Source: Penicillus capitatus
Lineage: Eukaryota > Plantae > Chlorophyta
Reading direction: 5' to 3'
Length of the DNA: 64,000 nucleotides
NCBI GenBank assembly: GCA_965649825.1
Contig: OZ287703.1
Span: forward strand, 434,001-498,000
Shown: positions 12,201-24,200 of the stretch, in pieces
Numbering within the stretch: position 1 is the first letter of the stretch
How the letters are laid out: every line of letters begins with the position of its first letter
Position numbers and translations under genes: made by a program
The notes under the pieces: generated by a model
What the model saw: only the letters and a program-made list of their open reading frames with translations
What the model was told of the DNA's origin: nothing
The model's database searches: none

Positions 12201-15200
12201 CTGGCACAGTGGACGAGGTGCGTTCATCGAAACCGCACTCTCTTCTTTCCAGAGAGATTCCACAGCTTCCGACTGAACAATATCACAGAAGCACTGTAGC
12301 CCATGTGTCAACAGATCCCGAAGTTCATCGAGCAAATGTTGGCAAATCCAAGACTTTCGCGAATTTGCCGCTGCTGTTGCAAACTCCAGTTCTGATTGTT
12401 TCTGTTTCAATTGCTCAGTAGCTTCAGCGATGGCTTTCTTCAGGGAATTTCCGGGCTGTCCTTGTCTGTACATGTATGACGATGCGTACATTTCCTGCTC
12501 TGACTTTTCACGTTCAGCTGATGCCTGTAGCGTCGCGATATCCATCTGATATTGTCGTATGGATTCCTGTATGTCATCCACTCTCTGCTGCGCTGGTTCA
12601 GAAGACGACAGTTGAATTTCAAGTTTCAAATGACTGAAGTCTTGTTCCAAGAAGAGCAGCAAGGGTACCACAACAAACTGAAAAGCTGTGACGATTTCTT
12701 GGCCCGCATCGAAGCAATCATCATCCTCCCTCCAGAATTTTGCCATTTCGTCAACTCTCAGATGATCGAATTCTCTCAGAAAGTTGTCCATTATGCTGGA
12801 CTCAAGAGGGAAGACTGGAAGAGGCTTGCCATCTGCTTGAGTATACGCCAGAGAAGACAAGAATCCACAACACTGATTCCTGCCTGCGTATGAAGGTGCA
12901 GCAGAAGATGGATGCATCTTGGCCGACAATGCTGGATTCACTAGGCATTTGTATAGATAGTCTGAATCGACCGAGAATAGAATGGCAGCATCCTCTGCAC
13001 AAAGACCGGGACAAGCAAAAGACAATCCTGCTTTGCTCGAGGCTGCTTGCTCTTTCAAATACGAGTTCAACTGTTCGTTGCGGTGCTTTAGTGCTTCCAG
13101 AATGGAATAGGTGTGAGCCATTGAAAGGTGTTCATCGGCACACAGGGCTAAGACAGTTTCCAATGCTCTCTTTCCTTCGCCTGACGTCCATTTCGACAGC
13201 ATCGATGCGTATTCATCGCTGAGATATTCGATCCGCATCTGGATAAGCTCCCCGACGGCACAGCTCAGCAGTGCATCGTGTGACTCTCGGCTGGCTTGGA
13301 AAGCCAATCTTATCGACAGAGCCTCTGAAAAACTGTACAGATTCGACAGTTCCCTCAATCTATTGCAGCCTTCATCGGCATCCTGCTGCAGCCAACACTC
13401 ACGAACAGCCTCAATCGTCTCTTCCCAGAGCAATTGCTTCTGACGACTTGAAACCATGTGAATCAAGTCATCGACAGCTTTCTTGTGACCTGTCTGCTCA
13501 GGAATGGCCTGTTCTAGCTGGTGAATCAAGTCACCGAGCTGCTTTATCTTGACACGATCGTTCCCGGATAACTGTTGAGGTACAACCAGCGAGAGATCAA
13601 CGGCCTGCAAACAATGTGATCTCTTGGACAGCAAATCCTGCAACTCTTTTGACACGAAGCTCTCTTTGTTGTCCCTTTTTGCATCCGCTCTGTCCAGTTC
13701 CATTCGGAGATCGTTCAATCTCTTAAGGTATCTGGCTAAAGAGATGTCATTCAAGTCCTCCTTGTTTAAAGAGTCCAAAGCGCGAGCTGCCTTTACAGCC
13801 TCCTGCATGACAAACACCTGAGGCTGCGATGGACTCTTTGCTCTCTTCCAAAGCTCTTGGAACTGCTGTTTCAGCAATGCCACGTTGTTTGATTGTTCAG
13901 CCATCTTCGATTTCGATCTCGTGGATGTTCCAGCCGCCGTGTCCTGGCGTTGCGTGTTGAGATCATCTACATGCGCCAGATCTGCTTCTTTCTTCTCTTT
14001 CTTTAACTTTTCTGCGAGTTCGTTTTTTAGTTTGGAGAAGATATCGTCCAGATCATTATCTTGCAGTATCTGCACAGGGATCTTCACTTTGTCGATCAGC
14101 TCGTTCAGGGCCTCCTGCCAACGATCAGAGTCTTCAAACGATTGAGATCTGTCGAGCTTCATGTCGCCTTTGCCGATCAAGAGGTCAACGAAGTAAGCAA
14201 CGGTCTCCGAGACAAAGAAGCAGATGTCGTTGCACTTCTTCCAGACATCTGTCTCGTCATAGTCCAGACATTGCTGTGCATACTGTATCAGGAATTTCTT
14301 GAGCTTAAGGATTCGTGAAATCATGTCCAGTGCAACCAACGCATCGCCAAATCTTTGGTTTATTTCATTAAGAATGATAGAGATCCAGGAGGTTAGATCA
14401 TTGACTGGGCAATCCTTCAGTTCTTCGGTCATGAGTTTTCTGAAACTAAAGGCAATGGATGCGGACTCCCAGCCAAAGGCAGATATTCTTTGCTTGACAG
14501 AATGAAGCTTTTCTTTCACTTTCCGTTCTTGAGCGGCTTGTTTTCCAAGATCAAACAGATTAATCTGAGAAGAGAGTGAGCTTCTGACATCTGCTAATCC
14601 GTTTTTATGAGCTCGAACAAGGCAAGCATCCACCTGAGTCAAGCAATAAAGCAGACTGTTCTCTTGTTCAGTGGAATAGGAATCTATTTCGGTCAAGTAA
14701 GAATTCATCTGTTTTTCCAGACTAAAGACGAGCTGCTTTGGAACAGTAGATTTCTTCCCACTTTTTGCAGCTGCTCTTCCATAACCAGCCAGAGTGCAGA
14801 GACAAGAGATAAGCGTGATGCCGAGACTGGACAGGCGCTGTTTAGATGAAGAGTCAACAGACAGCAGTTCCTCTTCGTCAAAGGAAAAGCTGTAGCTGTC
14901 TTCATGATTCGTCGTCCATTGTCTGATCCATTTTCTGGTAGATGAGCGTTCTTTGGTCCATGTGTAATGCAGCACACTCACACGTGTCTTCACAGAGTCG
15001 GCACCAGATGCTTCTTTTTCGAAAAGCACTAGAGAAACCAGATCAGACAGGCTGGTGCCTAAGTCGAGGTCGCCGACTAAAAGAGCAGCACTGGCAGGAA
15101 CACCTTCCTCGAAGATCTCCCTGTCCAAATTCTCTTGGGAGCATCTCACAATCTTATATGGGATGTCGATTTTGACAGAAGACTCGAAGAGAGCAATCCA

Positions 15201-18200
15201 GGGTAGGCAGAATTCACTCTTGGCAATACTCTGAGTAGAGCGACGGAGACGATTGAAGAGTTCATGACAGTTCCTGATGTCTCCTTTTTCTAATTCGTGA
15301 TTCGTGCTTCTTCTCTTATCTTCGAGTAGGTAAGACATGATGTCGATGTGGAATTCGACCGCAGTATTCAATTCATCTGATAATGCAAAACTGCTATCTG
15401 ATGATCGCAGTACAAGGTCGAATTGTTCCACAGCTGAATGCACCAACTTGTCATCTCCATCTTCGTCATTTGCTTCGGGTGCGCTTGAAGTCGATGGACC
15501 CGAAGTATTTGAAGCACCTCCTGTAAAGAACTGATATGTTTTCTGTATTCCTGCTTGGACCATTCGACCACCAGCCTTTACTACATTGCTGGCTCTCCAT
15601 AGAGCTCCTTCGTTTTGAAGTGGCAGCTTGGCGAGTAACTGGTAGATCTTTCGCAAGATTCTCAGTCTGCTGAGATTCTTCTGGACATCTAGGATCTCCA
15701 ATGCGCAGAAATCTTCATGCGCAGGGACCAGCAAGCCTTCAGGAAGAAGCAGCGTGGTCTTCCAATCCAATGCGCTCAACGCAAAAGCAATACCAGTTCT
15801 GTTTCTCTCAGCTGTCGATGCATCTGTACTCCTCATCAATCTGACGATGGAACGAGAGAGCTTGGTGTCCGACTCGCAGATGACTGCCGACAGCCTCTTC
15901 TGGAGATTGTACTTGACAGCTCGATCTGTGCTGCGACTCAAGTGTTTCTCCAATACACCAACCTCTTCTCCAAAAACCTCTTTCTCCAAAGGAAAGAAGC
16001 AGCACAGCAGATGCTTGATCTGGGAGATCTTCTGAAAAAGCTCTCTGACGCGCTCGAATTCTTGGTTGCGGTTTCTGAACTGCACGTCAAGGATGCAGAA
16101 CACAGCGTCCAGCACAGAGCACATATCTTCGAGAAAGGCTTTCCTCAATTTCCAGTCTGCGAACGTGGACTGTGATATGAATTCCTTCGTCTGTGAGATC
16201 AGTCTCTCTGGATTCTGACAGAAGTACTTCAGAATCTTCTCCTCTTTTTCTGAAATGTCTTTGAAATACTCGGACAGCAGTCCTCCATGGTCTCGGCACA
16301 GCTGGACGACTTCTGGAACAGTGCAAACACCTTCAACGATATCGACTGCGTTTTCTGCTTCCTGTGGGTGCAGACGGCAGAAGTAGTCCTTGATGGAGAC
16401 TGCCAGAGATCTGGAGGCTTCTGCATGTAGGTGGGCATTCTGCATGTGCTTCAGCAGATGCTTCATGCACGCACGCAACAACGATGCAAACACGAACTGA
16501 AGGTCTCTGCTCTCCTTCTGGAAGGGAGTGAGAGCATCTCTGCCACTGCTGACGCAGTAGAACTTGTGGAGGGGAAGCGATGACGTGTCTACGCAAGACT
16601 CGTGAATGGCCTGCTGCAGTCTCTTCAGATCCTCATTCGTCTCGACGATGGCTGCATACACTCGCCACAATCCCCACACGACTGCGTTGAACAGAGGCTC
16701 TCCCCTTTCCAGCCAGGTGCGGATGACAGAAAGGGCCTGCTGCAGCATCCTGAAGCTGATCTTGGAATCGCGTGTGAGGGCGATCCGAGACGTCTGCACC
16801 AGTTGCCTGACCCTGGCATGGAAGGCCACGGCGAGAATGGCGGCCACACTGCCGCCTTCGACGGATCTGAGTGCTTCCGAGGCGATCTCGACCGTTTCAT
16901 GGCTCTCCAGCAGGCGCACGTCTGGATCAAGCACATCTCCGTCGATCTCGGGCAGCCAGATCTTGATCATTCTGTTCAGCAGCGGGTTGGAGAGTCCGAA
17001 GGTGTTGATCTTCTTCCTGTCTGCCGTCGCAAAGATGCGGGTGGTGGGATGGATGCCGTCGCCGGGCTTCAGCTCCTCGCCCTCCGAGTGCTCGTATAGG
17101 CTGAGGAACGGGGTCTCCTCGAACAGGGACAGCAGTCGCTCGATCACGTCCGGCGATGCCGCATTGATGTTGTCGAAGAGGACGAACGACCCTGACTTCA
17201 GCGCCTTGATCATATCAGACTCCACGAACTTGAAGACGATCGAGGAAGAGGCATCCCCAGAGGAGATCGCGCTTTCCTTGAGCTCGTCTGCCGCACGCAC
17301 CAGCGACTGCCACTTCGTCAGCTTGCATCCCTTGAGAGTCTCGAGCGCAAGCTGCACGCGCTCGACAACCTGCTCCATTTCCTGGGGCGTGCCAGTCTCG
17401 GCGCCCTCTGTGTAGCAGGCCTGCATGGCTCCGTAGAATTCGGCTCTCCTCTTCTGCGATAACTTCCCTGCTATCCTGAGTCCGAGCCTCGCCGCGTCGT
17501 CTCTCAGTCTGAACACCTTCTTCGACAGCTCGGATGCGACGTTGCTAGCGGAGACGGGGAGCCACTGTCCGATGAGGTCGGACACTTCGAAGTCCCGGTG
17601 CAGGGACAGTACCAGCAGAGGGACGCCAGCGAGGGATGCCAGTTCCCTCACGAGGGAAGTCTTCTTGGAGCAGGTGGGTCCCTCCAGGAGCACCGCTCTC
17701 TGCGACTGGCTGGCCGTCGCCAGCAGCTCCAGCTGCCTGATGGTCTTCACCGTGTGCACCAACGATCCCTGAGACGCGCGAGCTTCGTGCTTCTCCATGT
17801 AAACGTTCCCGATCCGGACGAGGTCTCCCACAGACAGGTCGATGGACGGGCTGTCGCTCTGCTCCAGTTCCATCTGAGGCGGCTTGACGACTTCGTCGAT
17901 GGTGCGCTGGATTTGCTCTTCGGCGGATCGGTTGTCGAACCGGTGCTTGAACACCAGCTGCAGGGCCTTGCGGATGACGCTCGTGACCACTGGCCTCTTG
18001 TCGAAGCTCTCCTCGCTCTGTTCGGTATCGTCGTCGCAGGCCATCAGTCTGTGGTGGGAGATCTGCGTCTCGATGTTCCCTGCCACGATGTCGTGGACGG
18101 ACTTCAGGTCCCTCAGGTTCAGCTTGTGCTTGCGGTTGGCTCCCTGGATCTCGCCCTTCTCAACCGACTGCTCGACCTTCTTGTAGACGTCGAACACGTG

Positions 18201-21200
18201 CTGCAGGTCTTCCTCTCTCACGAGCCCTTTCTCGATGAGACCCTCGAACTGCTTTCCCAGGATCTGCTTGAGGTCCTCGCTGTCGTAGCCCTCGATCTGG
18301 ACGACCGTGAACGTGTTCTTGATGGACCTCGACAGCTTCGCCCTTCCTCCGCCCTCCGCCGCGGGATTCATCGTGGCAAAGATGCGAGTTCCGCGCACAG
18401 CGACGGGCTTCGAATCCAGCTTTCCAGGGACAGAGAAGCCCTCTGCCTCTGCAGACCCGTTGAGCAGCGGGACGAGGGATTCCAGCACCTGGGCCGGCAG
18501 CAGATTGACCTCGTCCAGCAGAATCCACCTCTGCGATTTCAGGGCCTTCAGCAGCTTTCCGTCCCTCCACTCGAAGACCCTGCGGTTGTCGATGTACATC
18601 GGCATCACCGACCCGTACAGCTGCTCGACGGATGTGTCGCTGGAGCAGTTGATGCGCTCCAGATCGGTTCCGAGGAATTTGGCCACCTGGGTGATGACGC
18701 CAGTCTTTCCTATTCCAGGAGCTCCTTCGAGCAGCAGGGGCGAGTTCGTGCAGATGGAGGCAAATATGCGAGCCATGTTCTCCCGCACGGAAGCAGTCAC
18801 GCAGAGGGACAGTTCGGGAAGCCGATCGTCACCGGACGGCGTCTCCAGTGTCCGAGGCACACTCAGAGACAGTCCTTGCCCCATCAGCGAAACCACCCTG
18901 CCAGCGTCGCCAGCCGTCTCCTCGATTTCGAACGGATTCCTTTCCACAGGAAGCTCGAGGTCGGACTTCAGCTTCTCGAACTCGTCCGAGAAGATCTTCT
19001 GAAGCACCTCGTTCTGGATGTCGGTTGGATACCCTGTTAGGTAGAAGAACTTGGCTCCCAGCATGCATCTCTTCCGGATGCTCAGGTGTCTCGGATGCGC
19101 CGTCACAAACGCGATCCATCTCAGAATCCTCCTGAAGTCCTCGCAGGGATGCTCTGGGTCATCGCCGACGACCTCGGATCGGACACCCTTGATGCTGCCC
19201 ATCACGTAGGGCAGGGACTCCACTTCAGTGGCATGAAGCGTGCGTCGAAGCTTCTCCTCTGCGATGGACATGATGTCAGGGGTGCCATAGACAGGGACTC
19301 GAATCTGCGTCAGTCTGCTTTGCGTGGCAGCGCTGAGCTGCGGCTTCTTGTTCTCTGAATCCAGGTGCGAAGTGGCAATGAAGCAGTATCCCTTCTTGGG
19401 GATCTCCATTTCTGCAGCCACTCTGGCTGAGAAGGACACGTCTTCCGGAATGCTGAACGTCGGATCCACTTCCAGCGCGCTGTTCAGTCTTTCAGTCACT
19501 GCCTGTGCACAGAGATCGTAGTCTTCCACGACAAACGCGTGCTCCATGGTGATTGCTTTGACGAATGGGCCGTCTCTGAACAAGAAACAGGGCTTGGTGT
19601 TTTGTGCGTCGCGAGAACGGACGAACATTCTCAGCTGCTCCAGTCGACGTACCATTCTCTGCACAGCAGCAGGGATCTCTTCTCCCAGAATTTCGTTTAC
19701 TAACTGCATGATCATCGCAAGAATCTCATCGAGTGAACGCAAGTAATCATCCTCTGTTTGCTCATCTATCCTTATCGCTAGATAATCCGCGTCATCAACA
19801 GCCATACCAGCGAAAGTGGGCTCTAATGTTGGCACCTGTTCTTGTACGTTATGTCCGGTTTCTTCGTTATACCCGATCTCGTCTGGCAAACCATAGACAG
19901 AATCACTTTCTTCGGCTTGATCGAAATCATATGCTGCTGCGTAATCATCTGACATATCGTCATCCTCTGTCTCTTCTTCAAGAAGGTGCGAATCAGTAGG
20001 AGCTCCGTTGGTATTCATGGATGGTGATCCAGAGGCACTGCGGTTATCCTTTTCTACGTTTACCCAGTCAGTAGATACGCCAGGTGAATTTTCTTCCTCG
20101 TCACATTCTTTTGTTGCATCAAACTGATATACTTTGCTGTAGCTATCTTCCGAAACAGCGTCATTGATACTCTCGTTCGATACAGGGGGAGATTTGGCAT
20201 TGCATTCCTGCTCTGCATCAACTGCTGCATCATCACTTGGTGTTTTGTTTTCCTGTTGCCAGTTCGACTTCTGTCCACTAAGAACATCAATCAGTTGCCT
20301 GATTATTGTCACTAGCTGTTTCTGAAGGTTTTGCATTCGGGCAATGTTCAGAGATGTCCATGGCGATTCTGTCCTTGATGTCGACTGACAAATCAGGCAT
20401 GAGAGGACAAAGGCTCCAGTTGAAGCAAGGTTTTCAAGAACCTCCACGAAGGACACCAATTGCACTTGGCCAATGAGGTCTGTCGCTTCAGACTGCGAAG
20501 TCAAGTGGACGCGCTGCACGCTCTCCGTCATCCCCGACAGCTCCAGCCACGTCTTGATGAGTTCCGTCTTGAAGGCAGATTCTCCGAAGAGGAGCACTGG
20601 CTCGTTGGCCTTCAGAGCAAAAGCCAGATCGACCAGCTTGTCCTGGAAGACGGCAGGAGGACCATTCCCAGAGAGACTGTCCCTCCAAAGCGGACTGTTG
20701 TCGAGCTTGAATCCGTGGAAGTGGACGTGGAGCTTTCCTTGGAAGAAGCTCACGCCTTGGCGTTCCCGCTTGACGTGCTTCCGTGCGCAGGCCTCTGCCT
20801 CAGTGACGCCGCCGGATCCGAAGCTGGACTCGATCAGTTGCATCAGCCTGGATGTCTCCTCTGTCGTGGTCGCCCGAGGACCCAGCAACGACATCGCCGT
20901 CGCCGCCCAAGTCACTCTCTGCCGCCCTTCGTCCTTCAGCATCTTGTATCTGCGCACGATCTTGACGATGTCTCTCATAGTCAGACGGAGTCCGTCGGCC
21001 GATGCGAAGTAGAGCTCCGCCAGAGCCCTGGAATCCATCTCCTCCGCGATGCCCTCGTATCGTCCGCCTCTGAACTTGTCTCTGACGATCTCTTGCAGCT
21101 CGTCCCGGGGGAAGTCCTCCACGTCGACTGCCAGGAAGCGGTTCCGCACGGTGATCGGCAGCTGCTTCCTGCCGTCGTTCCCGCCGCGAGACGGATTCTG

Positions 21201-24200
21201 GGTGGCGAAGAACCTGAAGTCCGGATGGACGCTCACCCTCATGTCGCTCCCGGGAATCTGGACGGTGCAGTTCCCCTCCAGGAACGGCATCAGAGCAGCG
21301 ATCACGGCGACGGGGGCCAGATTGAACTCGTCGGAGATGAACCAGTCGCCGCCCTCCATCGCCTGGACGAGGATCCCCTTCTGGAAGGAGAATCCGCTGT
21401 CCGACGGGATCCAGGTTCCGAAGTAGTCCTGGATGGTGGTCGTGTCGCTGTTGCTCAGCACCCTCACCGACTTGTCGACGCCTCCGAATCCCTTCAGGCC
21501 CTGCACCAGAGACGTCTTCCCGACGGCCGGCTTTCCTTCGAGCAGCACCGGCTTGTTGACAAAGGCACCCAGGAGCACCGCCTGCGCGTGCGCCTTCCTC
21601 GACTCGGTGAGCACCAGATCGGAGCTCTTCTCGAAGCGATCGAGCAGTCTCAGTTGGCCGAGCGCATCGCTCGGACATCCCATCTCGGCACACAGAGAGC
21701 GCCTCAGGTCGCCGTCCCTCATCTGGGCGGCGAACGCGACCGTCATCGCGCAGTGCAGGGCGACCTGGTCTTCCACCTCCGGCCTCCGGATCATCAGCAC
21801 GGTCGCGACGTCGATCAGGGTGGCAAAATCCCTGAAGGACACGAACATCTGGGTGCTCTCCGACACGAAGCGTCTGATCCTCAGACAGTAGTCCGAGATC
21901 GCGTTGAGCGATGCCTCGCAGCGATCCCTCGGCAGACAGCAGCGGACCATCGCCTCCAGCGCCCCGCGGAACTCGTCGTCCGGTCCGCATGCGGGATCGT
22001 CGATGTGGATGGTGACGAAGCGGTTGAACAGGGCGGCCGTGAGCTCCTTGGACAGGCTGTCCATTCCCCTGGCGGCGACGCCCTTGGGCGTGAAGGTGGC
22101 GATGAACTGGAAGCCTCTGGCCGGTCCAGGAGTGCTCGACCACGTTCCGTCCGCAAGCACGCGACACCTCAGCGCCTCCGTGTCTCCCCTCTCTGTCAGG
22201 CACAGCACCTTGGGGGACTCCAGCACCGGATTGATCCTCTCCTGCAGGACCGGCTCGGCCTGGCCGATGTTGTCCACGATGCAGACGCTGCCGTCTTTAA
22301 AGGCCCTGGTCAGCGGACCGTCCCTCCACTGCACGATGCCCTCGCCGACGGGACTGCTGCTCGGCAGGCACTCTCCGAGCATCGCGGACGGCTCGCTCTC
22401 CTGAGTAAGGGTGACCTGCTCGTAGTGGTTTCCCAGGAGAAAGGCGATGACCTTTCCCAGACAGGTCTTGCCTGAACCGGCTGTTCCCTCTATCAGGACG
22501 GGCTGCTCGCTGCGAACGGCCTCCGCCACGGAGACGAGGTGCTGGCACATCTGATCGCTGAGGACGACGGGCATCTCGGGAACGGACGACGTCATCGGTG
22601 GCACATCCGCGATACCGAGGTCGAAGTGCTGCGCGAAGACGTCGAAGACGTCGCTCCTTGCCTGGTCGTGTCTGATCCTTGAGCAGTATATCTCGGTTCC
22701 CAGCCGTCCCAGTCCTGTCCAAGCGTCGGTTCCCAACAGGCGATTCTCCAAGGCGCCTGCGATCCACTTGGCCAGCCAGGACTCCGAGAACGTGGTGTAG
22801 ACGCCGAACGTCTTCGTGAATTCGGCACTCTGGATCTTCCTCAGCACCGCTCTGTGGACGGCGGCGCATGCATCGAACGCCTTCCTGGCATCCTCGTCCG
22901 GAAACGGCTCGCTCGAGAAGTGGGTTGTCCAGAACTGGTCCACGAGTGTGACGTCCTTCTTGAGACATGGTCCCTGGATCCTGGCGAACCTCTCGATCGC
23001 GTCTTCCAGTCTGGGCCCCTCGGAGCTGAAGGTCAGTTTGCGTTCGCCGATGACTTTCTGGACCAGCTGCCGTCCGTCGCCTCGAAAACGGCATCCGTAG
23101 ATCAGCCACGCGTGGTCGCCCAGCTTCTCTTCTGCCTGGACGAGTTCCTCTTCGGCCAGAACCATGTCCGTCCACATCAGCAGCTCGCGGTTGGTGATCG
23201 TCGCGTAGCTTCCCTTCTCGGAGCAGCCCTCTGCGATCCTCTCTCTGACGTCGCAGTGGAAGTCCGTCATCTGTTTAGCCAGTTTTTGAATCAGCTCTGG
23301 GTTGTTGTCTCTTCCCTCGGCGATCTTCTTCTCGACGATCTCCCTCCACTCGTCTCTGGGGAGCTCCTTGAAGTGCATGATGGAGAACTGGGACATGAAG
23401 GCGTCGCTGAGGCGCTCCCTCTTGCCCGCCTGCCAGGGGTTCTGGGCGGCAAACAGGCGAAAGTCTGGGTGCTTCTTGATGAGGGTGGTGGAGGACAGGG
23501 CGGAGCTCTGGTCGCAGACGGTTATCTCTCCGGACTCCATCGCATCGATGACGACCTTCAGAGCGCCCTCCTCGGCAAGGTTCATCTCGTCGAGCAGAAC
23601 CCAGACGCCGTTCTTGAAGCTGTCGGCAAACGGCTGGAGCTCCTGGACGATCTTGCCGCTGCTGTCTACCGTCACCTTGGCCAGGAAGTCCTCGGGAGTG
23701 AGGTTGGACGACATGTTGATCCGAACGAACTTCACTCCTCTGCGGCGACACACCTCCGTGAGTGTGGCTGTCTTCCCCACCCCGGTGGATCCGATCAGCA
23801 GAACAGGGTTGCCGTCGGCGACCACCTCCTGGATCATTGCGATGTTCTCTTCGGTCGTGGCTGTCAGGATCATGGATCTCTCTTTGGACTCGGCTGCACC
23901 GTCCTCTTCCTTTTCCTTGCACGGAGGCCTGTACGTCTGGAGCACGGCGTTGCGCAGGTCGCTGCTCTCCAGAGACAGGTTGGGTCGCTCGAAGGTCTCG
24001 ATCATCCTCCTCAGGTCCGTCAGAGATGCAGTCTCTGACTGGATGCCTTGGCCAGCTGGGAATCTCGCGGAGGAGAAGGGTGGTATGGCGGCGTAGTTGT
24101 CGGATGGACGCGCTTCCACTTTGTGGACTAGAGCGTTTCGGCCATCGAGGATAAAGCAGATCAGCTCCATCAAGGAATTGATTCTGCCTTTCCCATCGCA

